A DNA stretch of 53,687 nucleotides. Source: Octopus sinensis (Eukaryota). Shown piece by piece: positions 25,556 through 36,768 of this stretch. The notes beneath the pieces are model-generated. The model did not search any database. It worked only from the letters and a program-made list of their open reading frames with translations, and was not told the DNA's origin. The stretch lies in the NCBI RefSeq assembly GCF_006345805.1, contig NW_021833703.1, forward strand, positions 1 through 53,687, in the 5' to 3' direction. Position 1 is the first letter of the stretch, and the number at the start of each line of letters is the position of its first letter. The position numbers and the translations under genes are program-made.

Positions 25556-26039
25556 AATGTGTGTGGTGGGTTTGAATAACTTTGTATTTTGTTAGAATAA
25601 GATTCTGACTTTTCAGGAGTAATACTTCATCTGAGGGATTTAGATAATTCTCTGAGAAGGGATTTAGATAATTCTCAGGATGAGGGTAGAGAGACAAGAA
25701 ACATACGAAGTAGGTGTAGGTAATGTGCTTAAAAAATAAACATTTAAAATTAGATCGAAAAGAATTTTAAAAATTTGCTTTTTCGTAACCCGAGACACTC
25801 GACGTACAAGAAGTGAATTTTTGAATTCTTTATTTTGAATACATTACTTACGCCCACACTTTCCTGACCATAAGCTTGTCCTTTTATATTCTCAATGTGG
25901 TCTAAACACCTCTGTTGAAAAACATTTTCCCTATTAGGCTGCAAGTCGAGCCCTGTGATTTAGCCACGGGCTCATATGACACGACGGGCCTAATTACAGG
26001 TTTATTAATCCTTTGCCTGTCCTATAACAATAGTTCCCT

Positions 26040-26285
26040 GGCGTCTTCACGTGATCACGTGACCGACCGGGCTATCAGATATTGTTACACATCGCTAGTC
26101 ACAATGCGTTGTTTTTAGCCTTCAAATGACGCCACTCCGCTGGCTAGGCGAGCAGGCCAACCCCACTTGATCGAAAGGGAGACTAGAACAACGTGAAATG
26201 AATTGTTTTGCTCAAGAACACAACGCGCCACCCAGCCAGGGAATCGAACACACAATCTAGCGATCGTGAGTACAACTAGCGTCTT
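26040..26285 (-). mobile_element. SINE-derived fragments (family C-like head plus a second 3' segment)
   Basis: CAACGTGAAATGAATTGTTTTGCTCAAGAACACAACGCG..GGAATCGAAC is the reverse of the family C head/body. Confidence 0.65.
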
Positions 26286-26404
26286 AGCATCATATATTAT
26301 ACACATTTCCAACTTTTTTTCAGTCATTAAAATAAGAAAGTATGAAAAGTGACTAATATATAGCCTTTAAACTTTGCTTTACTTACATTTATTCAAACCC
26401 CAAA

Positions 26405-26700
26405 ATTCCCCTCTCACTACTCCTGCCGATGATCAGAGATGCACATATTGTCAGTCACTAAGTGGTTAAGGTCAAGCAACTGTCAAGCAAATCTGTGGTA
26501 TTGAGCAAAATATTTGTTATAACGATATTTCTGCTTCGGCAACTCAGCGCTGAATCTGTCAGAAATGTAATGGAAAAATAGGTCGGTTTCAAAATCATTG
26601 ATGTCCAGCTCACAACATCAAAGTTTGAAAGGAACAGTTGTAATTTCCTTCGATTTCTAGATAGAAGCGAATAAGAAATAACGCTTCCTGACCAAAGACA
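26405..26700 (+). repeat. Unclassified ~300-bp interspersed repeat D, copy 2
   Basis: See copy 1 at 16820. Confidence 0.8.
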
Positions 26701-28344
26701 AAAAAAAAAGATTAAATTAAATTGAAATTTTGTTGATGCATTTTACCCGAATGCTCAATCTCAGAACTTTAGTGAATTAATATGCATTGTCAAATAATGC
26801 ATTAATAAGCAAATGAATAAAAGCAGCAGATGTTACCTGTCGCATAATTCATAAATAGTTGAAAACTACTCTCTCTCTGTCTTCCGTTGTGTGTATGTAT
26901 GTGTGTGAACGTGTGCGTGTTGGTACGTCTCTGTGCATGTGGAAGTGTGTGAGTGTATAGTGTCAGTATATAAGTGTGTGCATGTGTTTCTGCGTGTGTG
27001 TGTGTGTGCGTATGTCATTTAAAGTTGTAAGTAGAAAATCAAATAAAAAAGACACTTCACTACAAAGAAAATAAAAATAAATTAATTATGAATCTGAATT
27101 ATCGTTGTCTCTGTCTAATTTGAGATTACTAATTTTTTTTCTTCTTAAGACGAGCTTACTCGAGGAGGGTTCAATATCATTAAGAAAATTGCCTCTGAAA
27201 GTTCAGGCAGATCTGGTGAACGCCTATGTCAGCTAGGGGAATGCTTACATCACCTTGGTGAATATCTGTATCCTCTTTTTGAGCGTTAACACCACCTACA
27301 TTAAAACGTACAGCTTCTGAGTGAGCACGTACATCACTTAGGTAAATGGGTATATGGCCTACGTGATCGCCTTTGTTCTATGAAGGAGTCTCTACGTGAT
27401 TGTCTGACATGCTACAAAAAAGCTGCCGAATATCTCCCACATCATAGAACTATTTTATGAAAAGAAGGACGCTTTTGATAATGTAGTCCAGAATATGCTG
27501 CCTGTAAAAAATATTGGCTGGTCACAGCTTGATTATCGTTATTCATAGGTCTGCCCTGTCAGAGATGATATGGAGATAAACACCAACATTACCGTTTGAC
27601 TCTCGAGCCTGCCGCTCAAGTGACTTTTGACCAGGTTCGGATTTTTCGGATTTTCTTTTGTTGTTGTTGTCTTTTGGTAGATAGAGAGGGATCCAGCCGA
27701 TCGGAATTGTCCACCTGTGGCCAGCACACTATGCTGAAACCTAATGATACCGTAGGTGATGATGAACGTCCACGAAGACTGTCCCATTGGGACAATTTCT
27801 AAGGTAGGGAGTAGATGTGGTCGGTTTTTAGATGCAGATTTTATGTCGTTTATATGTTTGACCGAGCCGCATTCCTGTGTAATCTAAGACTGGGAGTCTG
27901 TCATCTAAAATATTAGATGCTCACATTCTTAGGCAATATGGCTGCTGTAACGTTGTCAGCCCTTACACTCTGTAGAAAACTAGTAACCGGGGTTTGGTGT
28001 TTACAATGATGTACTGGTGCATAACTGAGTGCCAATGAAGATCCAATGATCAAACGATTCTGAAGAATTTGAAGTTATGGATTATTGACAACCTCCATTT
28101 CCTTGACGTGTCAAAAGGGTTTGCAAAGTCGAGATATAATTGTGCGGAGATTTAGTTGTTATAATTAATAATATGAAAATTTAGTTGCTGGGATTAATGA
28201 TCAGCTGTCACTGGGTCTTTTGAGCTGTTTTCTCTAACCTTTAGCTTTAATTATGCAAATTACTCATTATCAATAATGTACTAAACTATTTCTGTAGACG
28301 TAAAATTGTCCAGATCTATTCAGAGAGCGGAGCATTATGCCATG

Positions 28345-28680
28345 GTTGTGGGGCTAAGTTGAGGTTGAAGGCCATGTGGGAAGATAAATGGAGACATAAC
28401 GTCGCCATCACTAATAATCACTCCAAACACCATGATGCTGACTGGATGTTTAATTTTTATCACTCTCGGTACATGTCCTCAGATTGACACCGAAACACTC
28501 TGAAATGTTCGTATTGAAGCTTCCGGCGCGAATGCCAAGCAGTACAGCATGTCGTCTCCAAATTTCTGACAGAGTGAATTGCATCATTGTGATGTTTTTC
28601 TCACAGACGGTGCCCAGCGGACCCTACTATACTATGTAGCCGACAAAATCAAAACCAAACAATGCGCATGCTCGAAATAA
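28345..28680 (-). pseudogene. Internally deleted Tc1/mariner-superfamily transposon
   Basis: ATG at 28587: MMQFTLSEIWRRHAVLLGIRAGSFNTNISECFGVNLRT (HTH start), joined out of frame to VIKIKHPVQHHVFGVIISDGDVMSPFIFPHGL (KHPxxvMVfGvi..dG motif of the DDD domain); abuts a (TA)n tract. Confidence 0.72.
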
Positions 28681-28837
28681 GATATATATATATATATGTG
28701 TGTATGTATATATGTTTATATATATGTGTGTGTGTGTGTATGTATATATATGTGCATATATGTGTGTGTGTGTGTGCGTGTGTGTGTTTGTATGTGTGTG
28801 TTTATATATATATATATATGTATGTATGTATGTATAT

Positions 28838-29022
28838 GATCGCTAGCCACTACACATTCTTTATTTTCTCTCCTTGTTTCTTTCTGTGTTCCTTTCTGTG
28901 GAAGAGCGTAGGCTCGAAACGTTAAAGGCTTTTTCACTTCCCGAGCGTTATACTAATACATCTGTTTGTTGTTTACACCATCTGTCTTCGTCTTTTGTTC
29001 TTTTTTTTGTGAATTCTCCCCA
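28838..29022 (+). mobile_element. PLE-like terminal-repeat fragment, copy 2
   Basis: Homologous to 1041-1230 (minus). Confidence 0.55.
28891..28928 (+). ncRNA. Candidate minimal type-I hammerhead ribozyme (A6U core variant)
   Basis: CCTTT (stem I) CTGTGGA (core; canonical CUGANGA) A GAGC-GTAG-GCTC (stem II) GAAAC GTT (palindromic ACGT stem III, NUH site) AAAGG (stem I'). Confidence 0.55.
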
Positions 29023-29092
29023 TTCATATATATATATATGTATATTATATATATATATATATATAATATATATATATATAATATATATATAT

Positions 29093-29255
29093 AGGCGCAG
29101 GAGTGGCTGTGTGGTAAGTAGCTTGCTAACCAACCACATGGTTCCGGATTCAGTCCCACTGCGTGGCATCTTGGGCAAGTGTCTTCTGCTATAGCCCCGG
29201 GCCGACCAATGCCTTGTGAGTGGATTTGGTAGACGGAAACTGAAAGAAGCCTGTC

Positions 29256-29291
<36 letters not shown>

Positions 29292-29515
29292 GTGTGTGTG
29301 TGTATGTGTTTGTGTGTCTGTGTTTGTCCCCCTAGCATTGCTCGACAACCGATGCTGGTGTGTTTACGTCTCCGTCACTTAGCGGTTGGGCAAAAGAGAC
29401 TGATAGAATAAGTACTGGGCTTACAAAGAATAAATCCCGGGGTCGATTTGCTCGACTAAAAGGTGGTGCTCCAGCATGGCCGCAGTCAAATGACTGAAAC
29501 AAGTAAAAGAGAAAA
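29093..29515 (+). mobile_element. SINE family B, full length
   Basis: AGGCGCAGGAGTGGCTGTGTGGTAAGTAGC head, internal (TA)n(TG)n, standard tail. Confidence 0.94.
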
Positions 29516-29523
29516 GATATATA

Positions 29524-29583
<60 letters not shown>

Positions 29584-30409
29584 AAGAGAGTTTCCTTATT
29601 ATATCAGTTTAAATCTCAGAGAGGTCGCCTTTGATTCTCGTCCTACCTGGGGGTCGATGAAATATATACATGTATAAATCCAGTACTCTGCTACATGTCT
29701 AATTACAGCCGAAGCAAATCAATCTTAGTGTTTTATTTCTTCGGCTTTAAATCTCAATTGATTTCTTTTTTTCTTCAATAAAGGAATCTGCTAATGACAA
29801 TCCTCGCCAACTCCGCTCCTTTCCCGCCGACAGCGCCATCTGTTCGCAAATCTACTTCTGCTTCAGCTATATCCGGTCACCAATCACATCAAGTTACCTC
29901 ACCCTATTAGCCACTGCCCCAACGCCGACCATTTACCTACATCTTGTTAACCCATTCATGCTCTCCATCTTTCTTTCCTCAGTCTATGACCGTCTTTCTG
30001 TCTCTGTCTCTATATCCTCCCTCTCACCCGCTTTCTCTCTCTCTCTCTCGTTCTCTCTTTCCTCCCTCTCTCCCCCTCTCTCTGCATTTACGAAACTCAT
30101 CTGAAAAGCTCAACACATAAGTTCCTTCACATTTACTCTCCTCTTCTCTGTCTGTCTGTCTGTCTGTCTGTCTAACTCTGTCTCCCCCTCTCTCTCTCTC
30201 CCTCCCTCTTTCCGTCTATCTCACTTCCTTTATCTGTCTTCACCCTCTCTCTCTCTCTCTCTCTCTGCACCTCTCTCACACACTATAATACTCTCTCGCT
30301 TTCTTTCTTTCTTACCGTCTTACTCCGTATCTGTCACTGTATATTACATCTTTCCCGTCATCTTCTGGACCCAATTCCCAATTTTCCCCTTCATACTCCT
30401 CATACACAT

Positions 30410-30818
30410 CCTCTGCCGCCGCCGCCACCGCCACTATCACCACCATCATCGCCTCCACCACCACCACCGCCGCCGCCGCCACCACCACCGCCACTGCCGC
30501 CGCCGCCGCCGCCACCACCACCACAAGCACCAACACTACCGTCATCATCCCACCACTTCTAACTGTTCCCCCACCACCATCATCGCCATCATCATCTCAC
30601 TACAAGCACCACTAACCCTCCACCCCACCATAATCATCACCAAGACAGCCAGCATCGCTTTACTACCCCATATCACACCATCAAGACACCCTCAGCATCA
30701 CCACCACCACCACCACCACCACCACCACCACCACCACCACCATCCTCACCAGCATCATCATCATCATCGTCACGGCTATACAGTTATGGCAACTCTCATA
30801 AGTCTATTACATTGACCC

Positions 30819-30867
<49 letters not shown>

Positions 30868-31520
30868 TGCACACACGTACATATCGATCACTCTGCCCCC
30901 TTCGCACCTCAATCTCCCAGCACCACAATAAACAATCTCTTCATCTATACCAATCCTTACATCTCCCTACCTACCATGTTCGATGACTAATACGCACTGC
31001 TTTTGACCTACTTTCACCAGTAACTAATGTCATCTACACACACACACACACACACCTCTCTATATGGACAGCAGCAGTAATGAATATTATTACCAGGAGC
31101 CGATTCACCATCACCATCAACGTCACCAACACCACCTTTACCACCACCACCACCACCTCAACAACCTTCACAACCACTACCACTACCACCACCACCACCA
31201 ACCACCACCACCACCACCACTACCATCATCATCATCACTACTACTACCACCACCATCACTATTACTGTTGCCTCCACCACCAGCCTCACGACATATCAAC
31301 AACAGCATTGTCGCACCTACCAACTCACTACTACGACTATGACCACCACCACCACCACCACCATTTACATCATCCTCATCAACAGCATCACTCCCACCAT
31401 TACCACAACCATCGTCCCAACTACACCCATCACCTTCACAACCACCGTTACCACCACCACTACCACTACCACCACCATTGTTTCTAAAACTCTCTACCGT
31501 TACATCATCATAACCATCGT
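30410..31520. repeat. (CCG/CAC/CAT/TAC)n trinucleotide and (CA)n low-complexity block
   Basis: Direct reading; yields poly-His/Thr/Pro ORFs in all frames. Confidence 0.9.
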
Positions 31521-31627
31521 ACTACAACCTACTTTCTTCCATGTTCGATAAGATATTTCGCGGTTCACAAAAGACACGGGATCGCGATCAGTTTGAATGC
31601 CTTCCAGCATAGAGCTGATGAATCCGA

Positions 31628-31875
31628 ACTGACACGAGGATAACCCAGAAAAAACGTCTGGTGGCTCAGGGATGAGTAACGGGTACCTTACTAATAAGTG
31701 TGGCAGATAAGAGCTGATTGAGGACACTCCAGAACAACGCCTGATGGATTAGGGCAGAGTTAGGGGTACTGCACAAATAAGTGTGATAGATGAGAGCTGA
31801 CTGAGGATACCCCCATAACAATGTCTGGTGGGTCAAGGCTAAATTAGGGCTACCCTATAAATATGATAGATGAGA
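31628..31875. repeat. Degenerate ~83-bp minisatellite, 3 units
   Basis: Recurring AGCTGAYTGAGGAYAC..C..AACAAYGYCTG.TGG...TAAGTGTG.YAGATRAG near 31628, 31712, 31795. Confidence 0.8.
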
Positions 31876-33032
31876 GCAGATGGCATTGTAAATTGCTTTT
31901 GCAACAACATAGTGCCGCATAGGGAGGTAGTACTGGGACATTTTAGGACAGCTGCTAATCACATGCGTGATGTCTTCCACAGAAACATGACATAGCCTTC
32001 ACATGCGGTTGCACCTTGGGATTACAAGAGCGTCACTGTCTCTCTTGTTCACCAAATACTTTGTGGCAAGCTCCTCGATTGCAAACGCATAGCGTTCAAA
32101 GTGTGATGTGATGTAGTGGTCTTGTGCATGTATATATGTATGTATGTATGTAATATTATGACCACAGGGTTAAAATCCAAGCTGTGTCCTTTTAAAGCAC
32201 ATCTGCTTATTCCAGTAGTCCAAATCCATATGTAGATGTGCATAAAATTGAAAATACTGGAAAATATTTTCTACGGGGTAATAATATGAAAATAGGCGAT
32301 TGGAAAAGGTTTTGTTATCATATATTAATCATTATACACGTTTCATTCGCTAATAGGAGTTACTAAGTTGTATATGTGATAGAAAACATGTAAGTTATCT
32401 CCTATTTGAAATTCTTCAGACATTTTCTGTCAGAAGAACTAAGAAATATCTTTTTCTACTACATGTACAATTTTGTAACTCATATTAGCAAATGAAAGAC
32501 GTGTAAAAGTGAATAAAAAATTCGAAAAATTTTCCATTTTCCTATTTTGACGTCTATAATGTATGTATGTATGTATGTATGTATGTATGTATGTATGTAT
32601 GTATGTATGTATGTATGTATGTATGTAGTATGTATGTATGTAAAATAAAATATTACATAATATTTCACTTTTGCATTTGTTCTGTTCAATTTTTTATGTG
32701 AAGTGTGTTGTTAATATTGCTATTGTTCCTTGAGAGGGTCATATTGCCAATAAAACACGCGCATTGGTAATATTCCACGTGTTTATCATTACCAATCAAG
32801 AAATTGACCAATTAACTCATTAATGAGCCAGTCATTCGATTAGTCATTCAGTTGGTTCGTCAGATTCCTTTAGCAGCACCTTATGGATGGCAATCCCTCA
32901 TCGACTTTGTTTCTGTCACAAACCGATTTCTCTGTTTAGCCGCAGTACTTATACTTCATAATGTTTGGATCATGTATGTTTGTTTAGGCATGTGTGTGTG
33001 TTGCTTTAACTGGTGTAGTTTTGCTGCATGTT

Positions 33033-33480
33033 GAGGGCTCGTGGCTAAGCAGTTAAAATCTTTAGCTCAAGATTGTAAGGTTGTGAGTTTGATGTTTGAC
33101 GGCGCGTTGTGTCCTTGAGCAAGACACTTTATTTCACGTTGCTTCAGTCCACTCAGCTGGCAAAAAAACGACTTGTACATGTATTTCGAAAGGGCCAGCC
33201 TTGTCACATTCTGTGAGTGGAAACTGAAAGAAGCCCGCCGTATATATGTATATACATGTGTGTATGTGTGTGTGTGTGTCTGTGTTTGTCCCCCCCCCCC
33301 CAACATCGCTTGACAACCGATGCTGGTGTGTTTACGTCCCCGTAACATAGCGGTTCAGCAAATGATATCGATAGAATAAGTACTAGGCTTACAAAGAATA
33401 AGTCCTGGGGGTCAATTTGCTCGACTAAAGGCGGTGCTCCAGCATGGCCGCAGACAAATGACTGAAACAAGTAAAGAGTA
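33033..33480 (+). mobile_element. Chimeric SINE: family C head/body joined to family B tail
   Basis: C-type sequence to GTCACATTCTGTG (about 33215), then GAGTGGAAACTGAAAGAAGCCC and a full B tail. Confidence 0.8.
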
Positions 33481-33544
33481 ATAATAGTAATGATAATAAT
33501 GATGATGATGATGGTGGTGGTGGTGATGATGACGATGATTGGTG

Positions 33545-33775
33545 ATGACTTCAGATTTTAGCACAAGGTCAATATTTCTACTATAAGAACAAGGCCTGAA
33601 ATTTTGCAGGGTGAGATGGGGGTTAGTCAATTACATCGACACCAGTGCTTGACTGGTACTAATTTTATCGACCCCCGAGAGGATAAAAGGCAAAGTGATT
33701 CCAGCAGAATTTGAACTCAGAACATAAAGACGGAAGAGATGCCGCTAAACATTTTATTCGACGCGGTAAGAAGAA
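33545..33775 (-). mobile_element. SINE family A
   Basis: Reverse family A body and head. Confidence 0.88.
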
Positions 33776-33821
33776 TTCCGCTAAGAATAATAACAGTAGT
33801 AGTAGTAGTAGTAGTATAGTT

Positions 33822-33855
<34 letters not shown>

Positions 33856-34679
33856 ATGTTGTCATCGTTGTCGTAATGGTAATAGTAGTGCTTGCGCGCA
33901 CGCACACACGCACACACACACACACACACACGCACGCACACACACACATACAGATACCCCACAGAAATGTGTGGAATTACTGTTTTGTTGCAGCTTATCA
34001 ATATTTATCAATATCTCCGTGCTTACACACACACACACACACACTGTCTGTCTGACCCGTCTGTCGTTCTGTCAGTCTGTCTCTCTTGTCTGCCCGCCTG
34101 TCTGTCTGTCCGCCCGTCCGTCTGACTCTGCGCGCCTTTTTTTTTTTCCTTTCCTTTCCTTTCCTTTACGTGTCTTTCCAGTCTGTCTCCGAGCCCGTCT
34201 GTCTGTCTGTCTATCGGTCTGTCTGTGTGTACGTGTGTCCACCCATCTCTCAGTTTATCGTTAATTGCACACACTAATCTGAACTGATCCCATCCACTAC
34301 CAAACTATTTCATGCATTAACTGCTCCGACTCCATCACCCGCCACCACCACCCCTCCTCTCACCCACTCAGACGCAGACATACCACCTCATTGACCTCGC
34401 CATCCATTCTCTGCTGTTCCATCACTTTGTTGTTCCAATTCTTCAACCTCATTCTTCATTCCGGCATTCCAGACATACATACCCACCCACCCACCCGCCT
34501 CCCTCTCTTCACCGCTCAGACATAGCTTCTTTACCTTTCTGTGTTTCCCTCCGACATCCACAGACAGACAGACACATCCAATACTCCTCTATCCCCACCC
34601 CTCTCTCCCTTTATATTGTTATTTACTGCTTTTATTGTCCTTCCCTTTCTCATATCTCAAACAATATGTCTCTCCATGG

Positions 34680-34834
34680 TTCTATCTGTCTATCTATCTA
34701 TCTATCTATCTATATATCTATCTATCTTTCTGTCTGTCTGTCTTTCTGTCCGTCTGTTTGTCGGTCTCTCTTGTCTGTCTATTTGCCCGTCTGCCTGCCT
34801 ACCTACCTACCTACCTACCTACCTACCAACCAAT

Positions 34835-34911
<77 letters not shown>

Positions 34912-34926
34912 ATCTATCTATATATA

Positions 34927-34966
<40 letters not shown>

Positions 34967-35042
34967 GTCTGCCTGTCTCTATCTATCAGTCTGTCTATTT
35001 ATGTATCTATAAGTCTGTCAGTCCATCTACCTGTCTGTCTGC

Positions 35043-35103
<61 letters not shown>

Positions 35104-35333
35104 CATCTCCCTGTTTGTCTGTTTGCTTATCTTTCTACATGGCTGACATCTGTCTACCTGTCTGTGTGTTAGTCTATCCGTCGATCTGTCTAAAATCTAT
35201 TTCCCTATTTTCTCCCTGCCTGTATGTCTGTCTATCTCTCAGCTGATGGGCAGTCTATCTGTCTATCTGTCTCTCTTTCCATCCATCCATCCATCCATCC
35301 ATCCATCCATCCATCCATACATACATACATACA

Positions 35334-35365
<32 letters not shown>
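34680..35365. repeat. (CTAT)n/(CTGT)n/(CCTA)n/(CCAT)n/(CATA)n tetranucleotide compound array
   Basis: Direct reading. Confidence 0.95.
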
Positions 35366-35640
35366 GTACAGATAACTATGGACATCTGCTTGGAAACCTC
35401 CTGTCTCTATATCTAGTTTACAAATTCTTCAGAAAGAGAAATCGACCAACTCGCACTTGACAAATGCAATCTGTAAGCGGAACAGTAAAAATATGCAAGA
35501 ATTTTCTCAAGTTTAAAATGTAACATTGTTTTTGTTATTTACATTCCAATGATGGAGCTTTGTGTGTATGTTAGAAACCAGCTCCTTCATCAGAGGATAT
35601 ATAAACGCATGCATGCATACATACATACATACATACATAC

Positions 35641-36183
35641 ATGGTGGCTGCCCCCTCGTTATCGAGTATGGCCATTGCACGAAGCTTAATCAATGTTCTT
35701 ATCGTGCAAGAAGATTTTTTTTTAAGTGAGGAAAGGCTGTGCACTGAGTCAATCCCACTCACTAAGCAACAGCAGCCATAATCCGAAAAGAAGAACAAGT
35801 CAACATCATTGTTAACCACTGAGCTGCAGGTTTTATTTCAGAGTTATCCCAGTTACCTGAGTTACCTTCTCCTAGAAGGATGCCCTACCAAAGGCTAGGA
35901 GTCCTTCACTTCCAATGGTTTAACCGTGCGATCGGGTATTCAGTCCTATTATTTCTATGTCCCCGCGCATGATACAGCCTTAAGACATTTATTGGATGGC
36001 CGTTAACTCTCAAGAGTTCCTCTGCCCTTAGACGGGTTTTGTTTTTCATTCCGCAGGGTGTCCAATAAACACCCTCCTCACCAAGCAAGGTTGGTGGGGT
36101 TGCCTGTTTAGTCGCCGACGACCCGACCATGCAACAGGTTGTACTGGGTTACATGTTACCAGTAGCACTCGAAAGTGACCTGA
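35641..36183 (-). mobile_element. Short RTE-like non-autonomous retroelement ending in a (TATG)n tail
   Basis: Minus strand GCCTTTGGTAGGGCATCCTTCTAGGAGAAGGTAACTC resembles RTE 5'-UTR motifs as I recall them; ends GGGGGCAGCCACCAT directly followed by (GTAT)n. Confidence 0.45.
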
Positions 36184-36697
36184 CATAAACATACACACAT
36201 ACATATCGCACAGCTGAATTCTCATCGATGATGAAGATCAATAGTTCGATCACCGGCATTTTCTGGTCATTGAACGTGTACTTTTAATGCAATTCTCAGA
36301 GAGAATGTGCATGACTGTGTGTGTGTGTGACAAGGCTGTGCCTTTAAACTACGGATACATATAATCCATGCCAAAAGACCCCTATAATGTTTCTGTTTAC
36401 GTAATTTCTCTACGAAGGTGTGGGTCGCCTCAGGTTTATAGAACAATGACATTTGTCCAAGGTGCTACGCGATGCGATTGAGTCGGTGCCCAGCCGTTCC
36501 TAAACGAAAATCTTAACAATGCTGCACTTACGTGCGTATATTTGTGTGTGTGTGTCTGCGTGTGTGTGTGTCTGCGTGTGTGTGTGTGTCTGCGTGTGTG
36601 TGTGTATAAATATATTATCTACCTATCGGTCTGCCTGTCTGTATGTCTGTCTGTATATCTGTATGTATATGCATTATGCATATTTTTATGCTTATGT

Positions 36698-36768
<71 letters not shown>

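Noticed and set aside
31064-31487. MDSSSNEYYYQEPIHHHH... as a transcription-factor N-terminus
   Set aside because: Trinucleotide-repeat derived, stops after 92 aa with no donor or domain; overlapping frames are equally open
31628-31875. CTGAYTGAG..AGAA..AACGTC in the 83-bp minisatellite as a tandem hammerhead
   Set aside because: Extra base in the core, no GAAA directly after stem II, no stem I pairing
35560-35600. Minus-strand CTGATGA-A-GGAG..TTTC motif
   Set aside because: Followed by TAAC rather than GAAAC; no stem I
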